A DNA stretch of 64,000 bases from a virus: IMG/VR virus record IMGVR_UViG_3300025570_000007. The stretch is one strand, 5' to 3'. A program made the translations under genes and the position numbers. The notes beneath the pieces are model-generated. The model saw only the letters and a list, made by a program, of their open reading frames with translations, searched no databases and was not told the origin of the DNA. Shown piece after piece: positions 61,458-64,000 of the stretch (within the stretch, counting starts at the first letter, position 1; each line of letters starts with the position of its first letter).

Positions 61458-61549
61458 CGGAAGATGGCGGATTCGAACCCCCACATCTGTTACAATACTC
61501 GCTTTTCAAGAGCGCCGCCGCTACCCAGAATCTTTCGGCTTAATCTTCC
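61458..61549 (-). tRNA. tRNA-Ser (TGA), enlarged D-loop
   Basis: CGCU-CUUGAAA-AGCG; long variable arm; G73. Confidence 0.8.
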
Positions 61550-61597
61550 TTGTACGCTACCTCCCTCCCTAAGGAAGGAAGTACCGTTATTTTAATT

Positions 61598-61617
61598 ATC
61601 CAATATGTCAATGATCT
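61598..61617 (-). promoter_or_regulatory. boxA-like antitermination element
   Basis: AGATCATTGACATATTGGAT at head of tRNA operon. Confidence 0.55.
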
Positions 61618-61631
61618 TATACTTTTTTACT

Positions 61632-61670
61632 AAAAAAAAATCCCGAATCTTTATTTGATCCGGGATTTTT
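61632..61670 (-). terminator. intrinsic terminator (candidate attenuator) upstream of tRNA operon
   Basis: AUCCCGGAUC-AAAUAAA-GAUUCGGGAU followed by U-run. Confidence 0.75.
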
Positions 61671-61698
61671 ATATATTGTTATATGTTGTTATATCATA

Positions 61699-61854
61699 TC
61701 AATATCCCGTATCTATTATTAATGGCTGGTTATACTTGCAAATTAAATTACTCGGTACACTAAAGCCATACCATTCCACAATCGAATTTACCCTTTTACT
61801 AAAGGACTGCATCGAGCTGCTTAAAATTGAATGTATGTTACGAATTGTTTTCAT
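61699..61854 (-). CDS. candidate 51-aa leader peptide
   Basis: MKTIRNIHSILSSSMQSFSKRVNSIVEWYGFSVPSNLICKYNQPLIIDTGY*; between promoter and terminator; below ORF-track cutoff. Confidence 0.55.
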   Translation of the reverse strand: MKTIRNIHSILSSSMQSFSKRVNSIVEWYGFSVPSNLICKYNQPLIIDTGY

Positions 61855-61870
61855 TGTTCTTGTTATCTTA

Positions 61871-61905
61871 GATAAATATACGAAGTTTTCCTTTCCTAGC
61901 CAACT
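61871..61905 (-). promoter_or_regulatory. -33/-7 promoter of tRNA operon
   Basis: AGTTG...TTCGTATATTTA. Confidence 0.65.
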
Positions 61906-61909
61906 CTTT

Positions 61910-62182
61910 CTATTTATTTTTTTTCTTTCTTTTTTCCTTAGTTATATTTGCCGGTACTATTAATTCTGATTCTAGTAAATCTCCTACTAGTGTCTCCATT
62001 CCTTTCATAAGAAATTGTACCTTGTCCTCTATCTTCTCAAAGTCTGTATGTTGATTTCTTTTTAAAGTTTCAAGCTTTGATTCAAGGGCTTTAACCTTCC
62101 TTCCTGATTTTATACAAAATACTACAAAGTATACTATTAGTACTAAAAATCCTCCTAAAATAAATGCTAATGTTGCGCTCAT
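61910..62182 (-). CDS. membrane-anchored small protein
   Basis: N-terminal TM plus coiled coil. Confidence 0.65.
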   Translation of the reverse strand: MSATLAFILGGFLVLIVYFVVFCIKSGRKVKALESKLETLKRNQHTDFEKIEDKVQFLMKGMETLVGDLLESELIVPANITKEKRKKKNK

Positions 62183-62236
62183 AATGTTTATATGTCTTTA
62201 TAAGCTAAAAATTGATATTATCTTTCAGCCTAACAA

Positions 62237-62581
62237 CTAATCGTTAAGAATTTTTATAGATATTTTTGGTTTGTTCATATTTTCTGTGATATCTACCTTA
62301 ATATCTTTAACTGTGATATCCTTCTTACCTTCGTATACCTTAACTTCTTTGTACTCTACTCCTTCTATAGTAGCTATAACTGTAATCTTCTTTTTCTTCT
62401 TCTCTTCCTCGTGTTTACCTGTCTGACTACCTTGTCCTGCTTTTCCTCCTGGTTTTCCAGTCGGTGGAGTAATGATGTCCTCTATGATAATGTCAATAAG
62501 AATTCCGTTACTTGCTAAAGTGAAGGTATTTGCAAGGTTTTGTCCAATGGTCGCTATTTGATATGTATCTATTAGACTCAT
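62237..62581 (-). CDS. hypothetical protein (possibly virion-associated)
   Basis: 114-aa ORF in operon with structural-looking genes. Confidence 0.6.
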   Translation of the reverse strand: MSLIDTYQIATIGQNLANTFTLASNGILIDIIIEDIITPPTGKPGGKAGQGSQTGKHEEEKKKKKITVIATIEGVEYKEVKVYEGKKDITVKDIKVDITENMNKPKISIKILND

Positions 62582-62587
62582 ATCCTC

Positions 62588-63400
62588 TTAGTTTCGGTAT
62601 ATAGTGGTTTCTTGAGTACTTCCTGATCCTATTGTCTCAATAGTTTGAGATACTGTGTCAAACGTACGAGCTGTTTGAGTAACTAATAGTGGATTGTTTA
62701 CATCTAGTCCATGTAGCTGCCACACTTCAAACAGTTTAGACTGAAGGTCTGTTATTTGAGTTGATTGAGATATGTTTGCTTGTATTAGGCTTGATAGTTG
62801 AATTGACTGTGTTACTGATAGTTGTTCAATTGTTGTCAACTGAAGTGCTTGTGTAGGTTCTAATGAAGCTGTTACAGGTGAAGCAAGTAGAGATTGAATG
62901 GCTATTACGTTTCCATCTATTCTATATAGTGTTTCGTTTTCTGCTACTGTTAATCCTCCACTTCCCGATACTGATGATCCGTCAATTCGACGTACAATAT
63001 TAGAAGTATTAATGTTGATTGTAATGTTATTAGGTTCCCCTGATACTATATCTGCCGGAATTTTTATGTCTCCGCCATCTACATCGTAAACGTTTCCTAC
63101 AATGTTAAGGTTGTACTGTCCTGAATAGGGTTTAAACTTCCATCCATTAATTAGGAAGTATGTAACATCTAAGGACTGTCCTACAATAGTAGGATCACCA
63201 CCAATAGCATTGAAGGGATTGTAGTACTTTAAGTTATCGTATACAGATACCCACTCTTTCCAAGCAGAATATACATCTCTTTGCATATCTACATCCGTAA
63301 CTCCGTCGTTTATAAGAATCAGCCTATTAACTCCGTCAAAAGTTACCTTATGTCGAAGCTCCCAGTAATCCCATTGTCCATAATATAACGATGTCCACAT
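62588..63400 (-). CDS. putative virion/tail-associated protein
   Basis: DVYSAWKEW, GGD, YFLINGWK motifs; Ser/Thr/Gln-rich C-terminus. Confidence 0.55.
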   Translation of the reverse strand: MWTSLYYGQWDYWELRHKVTFDGVNRLILINDGVTDVDMQRDVYSAWKEWVSVYDNLKYYNPFNAIGGDPTIVGQSLDVTYFLINGWKFKPYSGQYNLNIVGNVYDVDGGDIKIPADIVSGEPNNITININTSNIVRRIDGSSVSGSGGLTVAENETLYRIDGNVIAIQSLLASPVTASLEPTQALQLTTIEQLSVTQSIQLSSLIQANISQSTQITDLQSKLFEVWQLHGLDVNNPLLVTQTARTFDTVSQTIETIGSGSTQETTIYRN

Positions 63401-63412
63401 ATGTAATTTTGA

Positions 63413-64000
63413 TTAATGAGATTCTTTCCATCTGAAAAGTATTGTTACATTAGCATTACCTCCAGATTTGATAGATTTTGCAGCTAAGGTGAATATGGGT
63501 TGTGATACACCGTCCGCACTAAGTTTAAGTGTATTCTCCAAAGTTTCACTAATTTCACGTTGACTTACACCTGCACCGAATATTAATGCATCCTTACGAG
63601 TACCACCAACATATGAAGTTGCAGATTCATCTACTAAAAACGCTGAATCATTCGAGGCCGAAACGGTATAATTAGCTCCTATTAGTCCTGGATTTACAAC
63701 TACATCTAGTTCGATTGGATCACCATCCACATATACCTCAAAATTCGTTGGTATTAACGTTATTCTGTTCGTTTCACCAGAATGTACTGTTTTTGGTTTA
63801 GCTGATATGATTGGTGTATAACTACCTGATACTGCAACTGTTGGTGATGTATGAGAAAAATGATGACCAGGAAAATCGGCGGTTTGACTTTGACGAAGTA
63901 GTGAACAACATACCATTCTACTGTCAGTTCCGGTTGCAGCTGTATCTAAATTGAACTGTTCTAATCGGACTGGTAGTGTTCCTCGTCTCATGTACGGATT
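63413..64000 (-). CDS. C-terminal part of a putative structural beta-rich protein (likely truncated by window edge)
   Basis: ORF approaches window end; beta-rich, ends FRWKE. Confidence 0.5.
   Translation of the reverse strand, partial: NPYMRRGTLPVRLEQFNLDTAATGTDSRMVCCSLLRQSQTADFPGHHFSHTSPTVAVSGSYTPIISAKPKTVHSGETNRITLIPTNFEVYVDGDPIELDVVVNPGLIGANYTVSASNDSAFLVDESATSYVGGTRKDALIFGAGVSQREISETLENTLKLSADGVSQPIFTLAAKSIKSGGNANVTILFRWKESH

Noticed and set aside
399-61963. Plus-strand ORFs in the track
   Set aside because: Nearly all are antisense shadows of minus-strand genes or RNAs, with no recognisable motifs.
1-64000. Genome-wide TGA recoding
   Set aside because: Conserved genes are full length under code 11, and several end in TGA with ATGA overlaps.

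Overview
A 64-kb segment of a large AT-rich dsDNA phage, most likely infecting Bacteroidota/Flavobacteriia (Bacteroidota-type -33/-7 promoters, Flavobacterium-style OmpA, DUF2061 and histone-H1-like genes). Essentially all genes are on the minus strand. Left to right: small accessory ORFs; a ~14-kb glycan locus (glycosyltransferases, NeuA/NeuB, HAD phosphatase, sulfotransferase, CysC, methyltransferases); a PD-(D/E)XK nuclease; a lysis-like module; an ~800-nt ORF-free structured interval; GroEL/GroES; family A DNA polymerase; a 7-deazaguanine DNA-modification cluster (FolE, QueD, QueE, QueF, DpdA/TGT-like, PurN-like formyltransferase, kinase, PRTase); OmpA and a collagen-like lipoprotein; class II RNR; then an RNA-rich region. 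That region holds a Ro60/TROVE gene, 25 ordinary tRNAs covering all 20 amino acids, and a permuted two-piece tmRNA (tag ANDNFALAA). The main finding is a modular Ro60/Y-RNA-like system. One covarying doubly bulged helix (5' GURGUWA..UUACWUCG / 3' UUCY) occurs seven times with different cargo: two YrlA-type permuted tRNA mimics, a minimal form, an anticodon-loop mimic, a ~200-nt form, a complete UCA-anticodon tRNA enclosed in the stem, and a CCA-ending tRNA with the module grafted in place of its D-arm. The tRNA operon also appears to be headed by a leader-peptide attenuator and boxA-like sites. All calls were read by eye; no searches or folding programs were run.
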